In this document: positions 34,433 to 47,257 of the stretch, in pieces
Position numbering within the stretch: the stretch's first letter is position 1
Layout: every line of letters begins with the position of its first letter
Source of the DNA: Podospora anserina
Lineage: Eukaryota
NCBI GenBank assembly: GCA_017654855.1
Contig: CM030332.1
Location: forward strand, 6,758,001-6,822,000
Length of the DNA: 64,000 bases
Reading direction: 5' to 3'
Made by a program: the position numbers and the translations under genes
Notes under the pieces: generated by a model
What the model was told of the DNA's origin: nothing
Database searches by the model: none
The model's input: the letters and a program-made list of their open reading frames with translations, nothing else

Positions 34433-36008
34433 TTGAGGGTTTCTGTGTGTAGGTAAGCTTGTCGAGATTCGATATGAGAACTTTGTTATGAATTCTCAAG
34501 GTGGATCGAACAAGGCAGAGAACGTTCCTTGTGGAAAGTCAGGTAAGCGGGGAGGAAAGATGGATGAGTTTGAGTGAATAGAAGTGGTTTGATTTGTTAA
34601 AAAAGGTAAAGAGTAAAGTGAGCTGAGTTAAGTAGTCGAGAAAATCTATTTTTTGTCGTGGGTGAATTATAAACCCCGCTCGGCGTAGTTTGGCTCTTGT
34701 TCGCTTTTGTGATCAAAAGTCAATTGTTGCTCCGAACAACCTTCCAGTAACAGTGAAGAGAGATTTCTGAATGAACTATTCATGTGCTAGACCACAACGC
34801 TGGGAGCAGTGGGCATCTCTATCGCTATTTGTGGATCTCTGGTTTGAATTCAAAACCAAAATCACCAAGAGAGAGCAACAACATTGCCTACCCTGACGCT
34901 CCCACCGCCCTAATTGATTTTGTAAAGGTCTCTACAAATATGCGGCACAATAAAGCATCATCTCAGGACACATGATTCCCCCTGCTGTGGCTCAATAACT
35001 CGGATCTAAGGTACGTGACTAAAATTGGGGAAGTGAAAATACCCTGTGGTATTTGGTTTCTATCATGGAGTTATTATCAACACCCCAAAGGCCAGCACCA
35101 AGGTCATGATATCAAAGTCAAAAGGTTTACGCCTTTTTTGTTATAGTACAGATGTGCCTGTTATACCGCCACACCATTGGCACCGTAGACACCAAACAAG
35201 CCGTCCTCCTTAAAGGGCCCCGACCTCTCCAAATATTCACCACGTTACATAACGCCATCACCAAGCCCGCCGTCCAAAGAATGCAAGTAGGAAAACCATC
35301 GGTGGGGTAAATATATAGCCAGGCACCATCAGCAGCAAAATCAAGTTAAGTTGTTATGCGCACGACTGCATATGGGACATAAAAAGCCCAACATCTTCCG
35401 CCCTTCCACGTCCCTGATCATCCCATCATACCTCCTGGCAATATTCCAGACCTTGTACACAACCAAGCTGGCTCATGCGCCTCAAAGCGAACCGTCCATT
35501 GGCTGGGCCTCGAAATATTCCGGCACCATCATCCCATCCATCCCTCCGCTTTTTCTGCAAACACCGAGAAAAAAACGAGTATCTTGCTGCCAGCAGGGTA
35601 TCCCATCCACTGACTTAAACCCGGAAAAAAAATGACACCAAACCCCTTCTCCCGCCTGAGGCGGTGATGATGAAGAACAAAAAAAAAGGATCGCTCTAGA
35701 TAGAGCTGAAGAAAGGTAGAAAGAACAAACTGACCAACTGAATGATTTCCTTTTTTTGAACCCCCTTTCCTTCGCCATCCTCCCATTCCCAGGGGTATTT
35801 GTCACCGGATTGACCCAAAAAAAAAAAAAAAAAGCTACAGGTATAAGGGGGAAAAAAAGGCCACCTTCCATCCCAGACGCACCTCAACTTGAGAAAAGCA
35901 CCCCTGAATCTTCTGTCGACTCGTATACACATACATACATGAATAGAAAGAAACCGCGTCGAAGAGGATACTATGAAACACCGACCCCAAATGTAACCCG
36001 GTCGACTT

Positions 36009-37637
36009 TTATCTGGGGAAAGGCGCCCCTGGTGCGCGTGTGTAAACGGTAGTGCCATTTGGTCGTGGACCTTCGTACTGCACGCCCGTCATAGCCTCAG
36101 GGCCTGCGCCATTGGTTGGCCCATCGAAAGACCGAAGTGGCGGCAGCTCGGCTTGTTGCCGGGCTCTGGCATATTGGTCATTCGCGTAGTGCTCCGACCC
36201 AGGCGGAGGAGGGCCTTGCATTGAGTGACTCTGGCGGTACTGAAGCTCCTGAATCTGACGTCTCATATCCTCCATCTGCGCATCGCGCTTGGTTACCTCC
36301 TCGGCAAGCTGCTGAACATGTGACTGAAGATCTCTAATCGTGTTGGTCTGACGTGTGTGTTCTTGAATGGCTTTGCAGACATTAGCTCTCTATTACAAAA
36401 AGACACATGGTTCCGAAAACAAACCAACCTTTGGTGAGAATCTCCCACTTGGAAGCCTTGGTGCCCCGCTCTTGAGGCATAAGATCCCTAAGCTGCTCAA
36501 AAAGCTCCTTCATCTCCGTACGACGTTTCCGCTCAGCCAGCTTATGGGTGATACGAAGCTCGGGGGTCCTGCTATACGGCTGGCTGCCCGCATGAAGACC
36601 GCCTTCTTCATTCTGCAAATCAGACAACTGCTTGTGCTGCAGAGAGTGATGGTGGGTTGTCGAGTACTCCGAGGTGACCGAAAGCCTCTGGTATTCCGTC
36701 ATGCTGTGGTGGTCTTCGAGTCGACGTTGTCCAGGAGGCAGCCTTGAATCAACTGTGTATTGGCTGCTGGCCAACGATTCGGCAACGCTGCTTCTCCTCG
36801 AGTTTGCCAGGGACTGAGGTGGTCCCGACATGCGTTGAATAGCATTGTCATCTTCGGGAAAAGCCCAGGCCTGACCCTTAGTAGGCTCTGCTGCTCGAGC
36901 AATGAGACTGGTGGTTGGCCCTGTGATGGTTGGCGCAACTCTTCCTCCTCGGGGATGAACTTCGGGTTTGCGTTCTGCGTTTGGTTGATACCCATTGGAG
37001 ATGCGGTTTGTAGCAAGAGAATCGAGGTTGGCACGAGGATGTCTCTGTTGCTGTAGTGTATTCTGGATTGACGACGTCGACTGGTTGTGGCTTGCATAGG
37101 GGGACCCGCTCAATCCCAATTGCCCGAATCCCTGGTTGAACCTGCTATCCACGCTCTCCCTCCGTGACATACTAGGCTCCGGCAGCTCGCCATGGCCAAA
37201 TGTGGCGCTGTTGGGGGCCGACTCCAGCGATTGCGGACGGTCAAAGCGGCGAGGGTCGGCGCTGAGAGGGGTTGTCGGCGACACGATCGAGGCAACGCTC
37301 ATATTACTGTTCGTCGGAGACACGAGTGGCAGCGGGAGGAGGTGGGTCGCTGTTGTGGGCGATGGTGTTTTATCAACGGGCGAGGTTTGGAAACCGGAGT
37401 TTGGTGGGCTAAGGACGCCCAGGCCTGAGCCTGTGGAGTTGTCTGCCAGAGCTATTAGTCCTCTTCTTCTCTCCCCCTCCGTGACCGAGTAGTTCGTTTC
37501 AGCTGGAGCAACATACGCTTGCTAGACACATCTCCGCTTGAGTAGTAGGCAGAGTCTCTGTGGTCTTCAGGTGAGTTCAGCACATTTGTCAGGGCGGCGG
37601 GCCCGAACTTTTGCGAAGGTGGCCGTTGTTGCTCCAT
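36009..37637 (-). CDS. bHLH transcription factor (DevR/Esc1-like), 3 exons
   Basis: LRITHKLAERKRRTEMKELFEQLRDLMP..SKWEILTK|AI across intron 36371-36428. First intron donor GTATGT at 37516. ATG at 37637. Confidence 0.88.
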
Positions 37638-40600
37638 GACGTTGGTTGGGCCGTTGCTAGTTTGCCAGTAGCTGCAGTGTGGAAATCCCAGTCCGCACGT
37701 GGCTCAACCCACGGCGGCGTCGAGTGACGATTCTCAACAGCTTTCAACGTCTCAAGGCACTGAAAAGGGAGCAGCCACGGTCGGCGACGGCAGTGGTGCT
37801 TGGCTCAGGTCGGGAGGCAGGTCAATGGGCCACTGGAGGCAGGGCGGGGATAAAGACGAGGAACAGGATGAGATATGTCGCGAATTAAACAGAAGCGATT
37901 GACGCTGAGCCGACGTCTCCGGCGTTTGGTCTTGTTGTCTGGTGTTGGGCGGCTGTGAAGACGGACAGAAGGTCAAGATTGACGGCAGGCAGTGTTCGCA
38001 GGTGGTGGTAATATCGACGACAGGTTGCTGGAACGGAAAGCCGAAGGAGAAGCGGCAGGATTGTCGAGTGTCAAGGACGGGACAAGCACGTTTTTCAAAG
38101 AAGCCTGCCAGCATTGGGCTGGGGAACAAGCTGCCGGAGAAGGGGGGGCGTGGAGGGGGGAACCAAGCGCACCAGCCAGCAGCCAGCAACAAAGGGGCCG
38201 CTAGCCGGGGGTGACAACGGGCAGCTGGGATTGGGCGGATGGAATTGATGGGCGGCGATGGGTACCGGAGTGGAGGGCGTGGATGGTAGGGGAATCCCTC
38301 CCAGCGTAAGAAAAGGGCCCGTTCCTCTGTGGGCAGCCACATGTATCCCGCATGCTCAGGTTCCGGGTACGCAGTTACAATGGGAAATGGGAGCGACATG
38401 GCACAAGCGCGGTCGATGCATGCATGCCGGGGTACAAGTTCGAGGGTTGTGGGTTTGTGTGCGTGCGCTCTCTCGGCACAGCCAAGGTGACACAGAACGG
38501 ATCAGAGGCAGATGCCAGGAAAGTACCGCACTGGCAATCTCTTAACAGGGCTGCCGAAAGTGGCAGGAGCCAAAGCGGTCGCGAGGATGCTGAGCTGGGG
38601 CTGCGCTTTCAATTTTACAATTGAAATTTCACATTTCAGGCCACCTGCCACGAGGGACAGCTGTTAGTAGGGCAGGCCCGTGGTACCAGATCCCGATCGT
38701 CGCCGCCCGGAGGATCGCTTGGGGGGCTTGGGGGCCACTAACACGGCGTGGCGTGCCATAGTCGGGACGGTTTTGGAAAGTACCTGGCTGGAGCACCTTG
38801 GACAGCAGCAGTGGGATGACTGAGAGGGCGGGGTGGTGGTGGGTTAGTGGGTGCCTTGCGCACACTCTGAGCTTGCAAGCACATGGCGAATCAAAGAGAA
38901 AGCATGGGATGTGGCCTCATGTGCCCGCGAGGTGAGCGAGACCTTTACGTGCATTGTTGTGGTCTCTCTGGTGGAGCGTGCATGTCGCAATTTGACTGCG
39001 TCAGTTTTCTTCAAACTGCACAAGTACCTTCGTGCTCAGATTGGCCTGTGATAGAGGGTATGTCGATATGGGAGCATACCACCGAGTAACGGGGCACCGG
39101 CCGAGTCCTTCTCCGAGCACACAAGAGCGGCATTGCGGATGACCATCACAAGAGTTTGCCCATATCTTGTCCAGGTGTGGAACAGTCTGTCCTCTCTCAC
39201 CTAGAGATATCACCGTGTCCTGGGGCCACACCGTGTTGGGGTGACAGCAGAGACTGCATACTGTAGAGCACATTTGTCCCATCTTGAGTATCAGGTATAT
39301 TTGACTAGTCACTTAATCCCAGGTGGACATACTTCTATTTTGCTCTCTCTGTCAGTGGATGGACTGGGCCACCTGCAGAAGCCAAACGATGGTTGCAAAG
39401 CGGCGTCTGCCTCTCGATGCAAGGGAAGATAAGAGACCCAATCCCAAACCGTAACATGGGAGCTGACAGAGAACGTGCGTTTGGTCCAGTTCTTCCACCA
39501 TTGGCGTGTATGAATTGTGTGAGCAAGATTCGGCAGACTTCCGGCTGAACACTATATGCCACTCGAACCACACTTCTAGCAAGGCCGAATGAAACACAAC
39601 AACGGGAGGGCTTTGGTAGTCATGTCAGCATTCTCTGGGTGTCTCTTCGGTGACAAGACCCAGTGGTTGGTGCCGTAGATAATCTCCGTGGCGCGCCAGA
39701 CACAGGCCCGGCTCCTACACTACGACAGTTCACGGGCAAGGAAGTTCAGCCAAGAACCAAAAGCTGTCACTTCACCCTAGCGTAGATACCTGAGTGAGGG
39801 GCGGGCTGCGGGAGGTACTTGATGCTGAGAGGAATGAAGTCCTTCCTCCATACGGAATCATCCCGCAACCTGCTGGAGATCCAGCCAGATGCATTGCAAC
39901 GTCACAAACCCCTGTCCGCGCACAATTGCTTGCGCGCTCGGCACGTGTCGTTTAGGGTTTCCCGCCCAGTGGCTCGTTCGGCGGGAATATTTAGACCCTT
40001 GGTAGCCCTGAATGGCTCCAGCCTGTTCGGGGAAGTCGGTACGGTAGCAATGTCGCCGTGGCGGATCGACATCTTGTTTGTGGATGTGGACCGTGCTTTG
40101 TTTCCCATCTGGCGGATCGAAACGCTGATGCTTTCGGACAAGACGTTGCGCTGAAGGTTGAAAGAGGAACCGAGAGATACCCAGCCGGGCCAGGGTCGCT
40201 GCTGCTGAACTGCTGCTCGGTCGGTGACGAAGGAGAGGGAGAGCTTCAGTGGCCTCCAGAGTGACACTGTTTCGGGCCTGCTTCTGGGCCCGCCGTCTGG
40301 TTGCCGCCAGGTGTCGAAACCAACGACGCCAGCTGGTGTCCAAAGGTCTGTACAACCACATAGCGGGAGCACTAGTGTAAGGGCAAGTCACATTCCAAAT
40401 TCCGAGCTGGCTCAAAGTTTTTGGTTCGTTCCATGTGCTTTTGATTGCGGCCCTCGTGGCCTTTGTTGGCACGTTTATTATTTACCGAGTCTTGTACCTT
40501 GGTACCGTCCACTTTGTCTCGTCAACTCGGGCGAATATCCGTCCTGACTACAACACACCAGGGAATGGTTCTTGGCAACGCGCATAGCCTCTCCAATCTC

Positions 40601-43600
40601 CATCACCCAGTTTATTACTGCGTTATGTACTGTCAAGCCTCGGTCTTGAGACGCCTTAGCCGCCGTCCAGTGGACCAACAGGCTCTCGGGGAGTTCCAGG
40701 TTGGATCCTCAACGGCCCGAGAGCAGAAGGGAACGGGGTAGCCAGCCCAGTAAGCTTTATGGCGTTGAAACCACTCGCAAAACACCGTTATTTCCCCCTG
40801 CTCATGTTTGTGAAGACGGCACTGGCAGACAGATCTCTGTTTCGAATGGTCCCGACAAACACAGCTGTGTTGGATCTCCCTTGCCCCACATCTCCTGGTT
40901 CATATCGGCGCCAGGATCCGAAAGCAGCTCAGGACCTGGACGATCACGCCCCCAAAATGTTTGTTTCTCAATCACAATTACCGCTCGGCTCGTCTGGCAT
41001 CGGACATCTGGCATCTGGCATGCGATCTTGCGCGAACAGGTGTCGTGTCAGGTGCGGGGTTGCCTTGTTGAGTACCTTGCAGCTTCATTCTCTGGACAAG
41101 TGCTTCCAAGCTGGGAGATGGCACAGGCAAGACATCCTAAAAGGCGCACAAAGTGTGACCAAAGTTGCAGATTCTACACCGTCAGGACATCCGGTACGAA
41201 ACCCAACTACTTACGTACAGCAAAGCCCAGTCTTGTGCGGCCCCAAGCGCCTTGACTATCGATATGCGAGGCAAACCAGTTCGCGGATTAGTTCCAATCT
41301 TGATGTGGATTGGGCCAGATCCTTCCGCTTTCTTCTTGTTGTACACTGCCCTCAAAGTTCCTCACAACAACCCAAGCTGACCTCAGTACAGTTGTCTCAA
41401 GCAAGCGGTTTGCGAATGCCTTGACGGCTGCGCTTACGACGTCTCTTCGACAGAGAGGCCTACTCAGCCAGACAGTGTTAGAGAATATCCCGACTGTAGA
41501 CAGCCACAAAAGCCTTGTACCTCACAGGTCCCCGAGGAGTCGGCGACGTTGGCTGCAGCCCCTCACTCTCCACCCCACGGCTATTCAGTACCCGCAACCC
41601 ACTAATCAGACTAGAGAAACGGTATCTTGCATGGTTGATCTGTCCGGGGTGAACCACGGCCGGGGTTGTGGGCCTCCTACCGTGGCTCTCTGGGCCTTCT
41701 CAGGGCCAACAATACAGGAGTCCTAGTCGACACCTGTCGACATCCGGGCGGTCTGGTCAGCGATCTCATCTCACAAATCCCAAGCCTGCACAACAATGGC
41801 GCGGAGTGTCTCCGTAGTCCAGTCCAGCCAGGTCAGGTCTTGCGGTTTCGCTCGGCCGGGAGATCCTCCCGCATGGGGATGTCGCCATAGTTTTCCGGGG
41901 ATGTATTACTCGTCGATCACTGGACGCCTCCAACTGACCGTGCAGCAACCTCTTTCCGTAAGCCAGATTGCCTAGGCTCGACTCTCGATGGCCTCCCCTT
42001 GATGCGGCTGAGGCCTCGAACTTCACCAAGCATATGTGCTCTCCTGCATAGCCGAGCAGAATCCTCACTATCACAACACGGATACACGCACTGTGTTGAA
42101 CATTGTCAACTTCTCAATAGCCTGCCTGTACCTGCATTTCCATCCGGAACCGGCGTGAGACCCTGCTCATCTGATGGGTTGTGGCCGTGACACTGTGATT
42201 TCTGCTGCTGCGGTGACAAAACCGGGAGCCAAATGATAGAAAAGTGGTTCCGGCCGACAGAAAACCCTCATGTTGGAGCCGCTGGGCCACAGTCGCTGGC
42301 CGCCAGGGTTTGTGAAGCCAACATCCGTCGCTCGCGGATGAGGGTTAAAGGGCAACCCCTCTTTTTCTTTGCTTCTTTTTCTTGGTTTCTTTTTCCGTGA
42401 CAGAACGAACATTTGCTTGCAACCTTGCTGATCGTTCTCAGTATCTCATGCTCACCAGATGGCGTCGTACTGCTGGGGCTGCAGGGCACAAGAAAAAAAC
42501 TGGCAGCTGAGGGACCCAATGAAGGCAATTACCACAAGTACGACCGCAGCTGCTGTATCACCCTGCACAAGAACACTGATCCGGAGACAGCCATGCTGTA
42601 AAGCTGATTTGTACTCTTGTGGCTCTCTCCACCGAATATTGTCGGACTGGAACATGGACAGTTCATCCCAGTCCTGACTGTGTTCTCTGGCTCGTATTGG
42701 CGAGGGGGTGCGTCACCATCCCATGTTCACGCAGCCAAGGCCGAAAGGTCTTCCTGTCCGGCGTCCCTGATTTGTTCCGTCCTGAGACGCAGAGGTTGCC
42801 CCTTTTTCATGGTTTCTCCTATGCCCCTTTATTGGGCAGGAGGAGGAATCGGTTCAGGGACAGAAGAAAAGTGCTCGAATAGAAACAAAAGAAACCAAAG
42901 CACTCGCTCCTGGCGAGAGGCTACGCAAGCTTCTCTGGAAATAGTTTGAGTCTCACGGTATTCTACGAAAGGCTGATCTTTTGTGTCGGGTGCCTCGAGC
43001 CCACGTGTTTCTCTGTTCCTGAAAACCCCCTCTCTCGGTTCCGTCAGGTTCGGATATCATGGCAGAGGGTCAGGTTTATCATCATCCGGTGCTCTGCTAT
43101 GTGCTGTTAGGTACCACATTCATCACAGTTTATAGCTGAACTGATATGCCACAGGACAGTTGCATCCGCCATTTGTGGCTAGCTTCGCCAATCACAAACT
43201 CACATTGCTCACACAAACATCTACTGTCATGAGGGGAAACCTGCACGTATCTGGCGAATCAACAGCAAGGGGGGAAAGGGGGGATCAGTATGGGATTGGG
43301 GACGCGGGCGCGAGGATGTGCCCCAGAGCACAACGGATGTCCTCGAGGGATGGCGTTTTCACTCCGCAAGAAGGACGAGGAGCAGGCTATCAGGGGCACA
43401 AGACTGGGTGTCACATGGCACACATAGGTTACCAGTGCCGGATTCACCCAATACTGGTTGAAAACTCTCGACTATACAGAACAAGGCCATGACTGAACCA
43501 ACGGAGGTGGGCGAGCGAGAAACGTCGTATGTCATTATACACAGGTAGCAAGACCATTATCTTCCAGAGGGGTTGCTACAGGTCCCTCGACTATTTACTC

Positions 43601-44773
43601 GAGATGATGGAACCATCGCAAAGCACCCACTCACGGAAGTTTACCTTTGCCCTGAACCCATCCCACTCATATCTGTCATACTGACCATAACACTCCTCCT
43701 CAGTACCACAATCATTCACACCAACCACAAGAAGGCCGATTGTTCGCATGTCATTTCCCCCCTTCCCCTGAACTAGCGGAAAAAGCCTGCACACATGGCT
43801 CTCGTAGCTCCTTTGATTGTGACAGGAGGTGAGGTAACATGAGCAAACGACAGCCGTCCATCCATCCGATGTGGGATAGCTTTCAGAAGAGCACACGGCA
43901 GGTTACTTGTACCTTGGGAGAGTGTTGAGAAATAAGGTACAAGGGTGGTTGCCACTGTCGTGGGAGACTTTTGCGTGGTACGTAGTGATACGGTGAGGAG
44001 CTTCTCTTATAGAGGAGGAAGTGGTCTGATTTTTTTTGGACGGGCAGGCTGTCTGTTTGGGGGGGTGATATCTGAAATCTTGAAATAGGTTAACGTTATC
44101 AAAAGAGGGAGAGGTTGAGCCATCCTATGAATTTCTAAAAGGAAGCGAGAAATAAAGGGGGGTAATCGTCTATATTCAGGAGCGGCTGGCAAACAGTTAG
44201 ACTTGCATGAAGAGGTATTCAATGGCTACCACCGCACTTTCCAGGCGTCATGGTGCCAGGAAAGATGATCTTTCAAGTGGTGACTAGAATTCTCTTTGAT
44301 CGAAGTACATTGATTTTGAAAACTCTTCAAGGTACAGGTGTCTAATACATCCATATTTCAGGTGTCCCTTGCTAAGCCTCTACACACCTTAGGTGTCATA
44401 TCTTTTGATTGCCACTCTCGACTCGGGAGGTTTCAAAAAGGCGGTTAAGCAGGTGAAAAGCCATAACCTATACATTTCAACATCTACTCAACAGTCATCG
44501 CAGATTTCTTTCAAGTCCTATCTTTTGCTTTCAGCTAGCATTTTCAATTTTTAGCACACCGCATCAACATACACGTCCCTGTCAAGTGTATGTATACCAC
44601 CTATGGTGATGGTGCCACTAGAATAGCATACTGAAACACCGCAATGGTAGGCCAAACATCAGCTCTCGTGATTCTTCGTACAGCACAGAGACCCATCTCA
44701 AGCCATGGCCAAAAAGAAAATGAGGAGGAGGACCGCACAAAGATGTCAGAACTGAAATGAGGCAAAAGATATG

Positions 44774-44879
44774 TGGACGGGCTGGGAATCGAACCCAGGA
44801 CCTTTCGCATACAAGATGACTGATACTAAGATCAAGTCCCGATGCTAAGCGAACGCTCTACCAACTGAGCCACACGCCC
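44774..44879 (-). tRNA. tRNA-Ala (AGC) with ~33-nt intron
   Basis: GGGCGTGTGGCTCAGTTGGTAGAGCGTTCGCTT-AGC-A[intron]TGCGAAAGGTCCTGGGTTCGATTCCCAGCCCGTCCA, followed by a TTTT terminator. Confidence 0.93.
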
Positions 44880-45482
44880 TGTTGTTGTATGTTAATGTTA
44901 TGGTGGGTGGAGAAGGAGTTAGGGTTTGAGTATGGAGTGGGATGATGCCTCTTGGAAGCTATGCATTCTTTTGGTGTGCTTGGACCGACCCTGTCTTTTG
45001 AATGGTGGGGGTTGGGAGCAGCAAGAATTGCCACGGGTGAGCGGAAGGACCGTAAGCGCACGTTTGGAAAATTCTTCAAATGGAGGCTTCGACTGCTGGG
45101 ATTTTTGCTTGGGAGAATTGTCCGTGGTTTGTGGCGAGTTTATTGAACTGTCGTTCGTCTTGAACCTGTCAACAACTGTGGTGGGGATCATGACGATTAT
45201 CCACGATAAGTTATCGGATAAGCTTATCTTGGCTTGGCAGGACAGTCGGGGTTAGGGTTGAAGCAGAATGTCGGCTCTCAATGTCCCACTCAGCCTAACC
45301 GTATAGAGCTGGCTGGTAAACTTGTGGGGACACAAACATCCGCATCCTTGCAAAGCTTGCTGGTGGGAAAGAAATTTTGGCGCAGTTCGTTCAAAAACTT
45401 CATCATCCGCCCATCACACATTCGGCTTACCTCTACCCTTCACACAAGACCAATCCTCTAAGCCACCCTCCCCATTCTCATA

Positions 45483-46540
45483 ATGTAAGTAAACCCAACG
45501 AATGAGCTCACCATCTCTGTCCTCCATATATTAACCTGCTGTCTTGCACTAGGCAATCCCTTCGCCGCGCCGCTGTGCGATCTGCCCTCTCGGCCTCCAG
45601 AGCCGTTTCGGTCAAAACCACCTCTGCTCCCTTCCCTTTCTCCATCGTCAGAGCCGCCGCGGTTTCCAGAGCTGTCCCTGTGCAAGCTGTGCGGTGGTAT
45701 TCCCAGGAGCCCACTTCGCAAGACCCATTGTCGCAGGACGTCACCGAGGAGGCACATGAGGCCGAGGAGAACATCACAGAGCAAACCCAAGAAGAACGCC
45801 AGCCCAGGAGGCAGCTCGACAGTAAGTCTGCACCCTGCACACGCGATATCATATGAACACCATGCTGATAGTGTGTAACAGAGTCGAGAGCCATCTTTGT
45901 GCGCAACATTGTGTTTGAGGTCAACGAGCAGCATCTGAAGGAGGCCTTCGAGACATATGGCGAGATTGAGGACACCTACGTTGCCCGCGACCCCCGGGGT
46001 ATGAGCAGAGGATATGGCTTTGTCACCTTCAAGGACGCCTCCGCCGTCAGCGCTGCGTGCGCCGCTGTCAACGGCTCTTTCTGGCATGGACGCCGGGTAA
46101 CCTGCATTCCCCGCAGAGACGAGGAGCAGACTCCCCGTGCCCGCGAACAGAACAGGACGCCTAATGCCCCCACCAATCAACTTTTCGTCGGTAACATCCC
46201 CTACGAGACCACCGACGCCGAGCTCAACAACCTCTTCGCTGGCCTCTCGAACGTCACCGACATCCGTATCGCTGTCGACCGCACCACCGGCTGGCCCCGT
46301 GGCTTTGCCCATGTCGATTTCACCGACGTTGCTTCCGCTGACGCTGCCAAGGAGAAGCTGGCCGCCACCAACCTTGGTGGCAGACAACTGAAAATCGACT
46401 TCGCTACCGGTTACGGAAAGGGTGAGCGCACCAACAACAAAAGCTTTGGTGGCCGTGGTGACCGTGGTGACCGTGGTGACCGCGGAGACCGTAGAGACCG
46501 TGGCGACCGCAACGACCGTCCCAGCAACGACGGCTTTTAA
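45483..46540 (+). CDS. Two-RRM RNA-binding protein with predicted mitochondrial presequence, 3 exons
   Basis: The AT|G start is split by intron 45485-45552; second intron 45822-45881. Arg/Ser/Ala-rich presequence MQSLRRAAVRSALSASR..RWYS. RNP motifs IFVRNI/RGYGFVTF and LFVGNI/RGFAHVDF. Confidence 0.9.
46451..46519 (+). repeat. 9-bp coding tandem repeat encoding (GDR)n
   Basis: ccgtggtga repeated with degeneration; translation GRGDRGDRGDRGDRRDRGDRNDR. Confidence 0.85.
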
Positions 46541-47257
46541 GATGGACCGACCAACCCTCGTTGATAATGATGCAAATACCCCTTTTTTCATGTCGGCCCC
46601 GGATGGTGGGCGGAGGTTTCATTCTTGTCGTGAACGATGGGAGGTAGCCAGAACTGTGTAAAATACCATGATTTGTGTTTATACCGAGATGCTTTCTGTT
46701 ACAAATTGGCGAAAGATAGACTGTAAGATTATGTTATGTAGCAATAATATGCTCTCTCCAAGACTCCCACCTCCCTTTTTCCTCTTTGTCGTCTTCTTCA
46801 ATGTGCAGCAGCCCCAATGCACAAGACCAGCTGAAAAACGAATCTGAACAAAGTGGGGGCCCGGTCCCGGGGCAACCAGCAGCTTAGCAATCCCCAGGGG
46901 GGCCGGACCCTCCAGCAGCTGCCTCGGCACATGGCTCTTATTTGTTGCCAGTGGCGGGACATCAACTCGGTCCGGACAACAAACAACGTACAACTCAGCA
47001 CAGCATCTGTATCGAATATTAATTCGCCAGGCGCGAGGCCATTTCAGCTCGACAAGAGAGGCCAAAAGAAAACCAGCAACTTGCTCACCGTCTCGCTCTG
47101 CATTTTAGGTCGAGTTGGGCCCGATTCTTGCTTACATACCTCCCGTCACCCCGCCACACGCTTCGGCTCTCCTTTTCCTCCCACCTGATTGAACCCCTTA
47201 TTGCCCTCGCCAAACTCGACCGCCTTTGCGATTTCCTCACACTTCACAATCACAGCC

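Noticed and set aside
39858-41424. ORFs of 156-221 aa in the bHLH upstream region
   Set aside because: R/S/P-rich shadow-like composition, mutual overlaps and no motifs.
46451-46519. Multiple RGD integrin-binding motifs or a CRISPR-like array
   Set aside because: The protein appears mitochondrial, and the repeats are contiguous 9-mers without spacers in a eukaryotic CDS.
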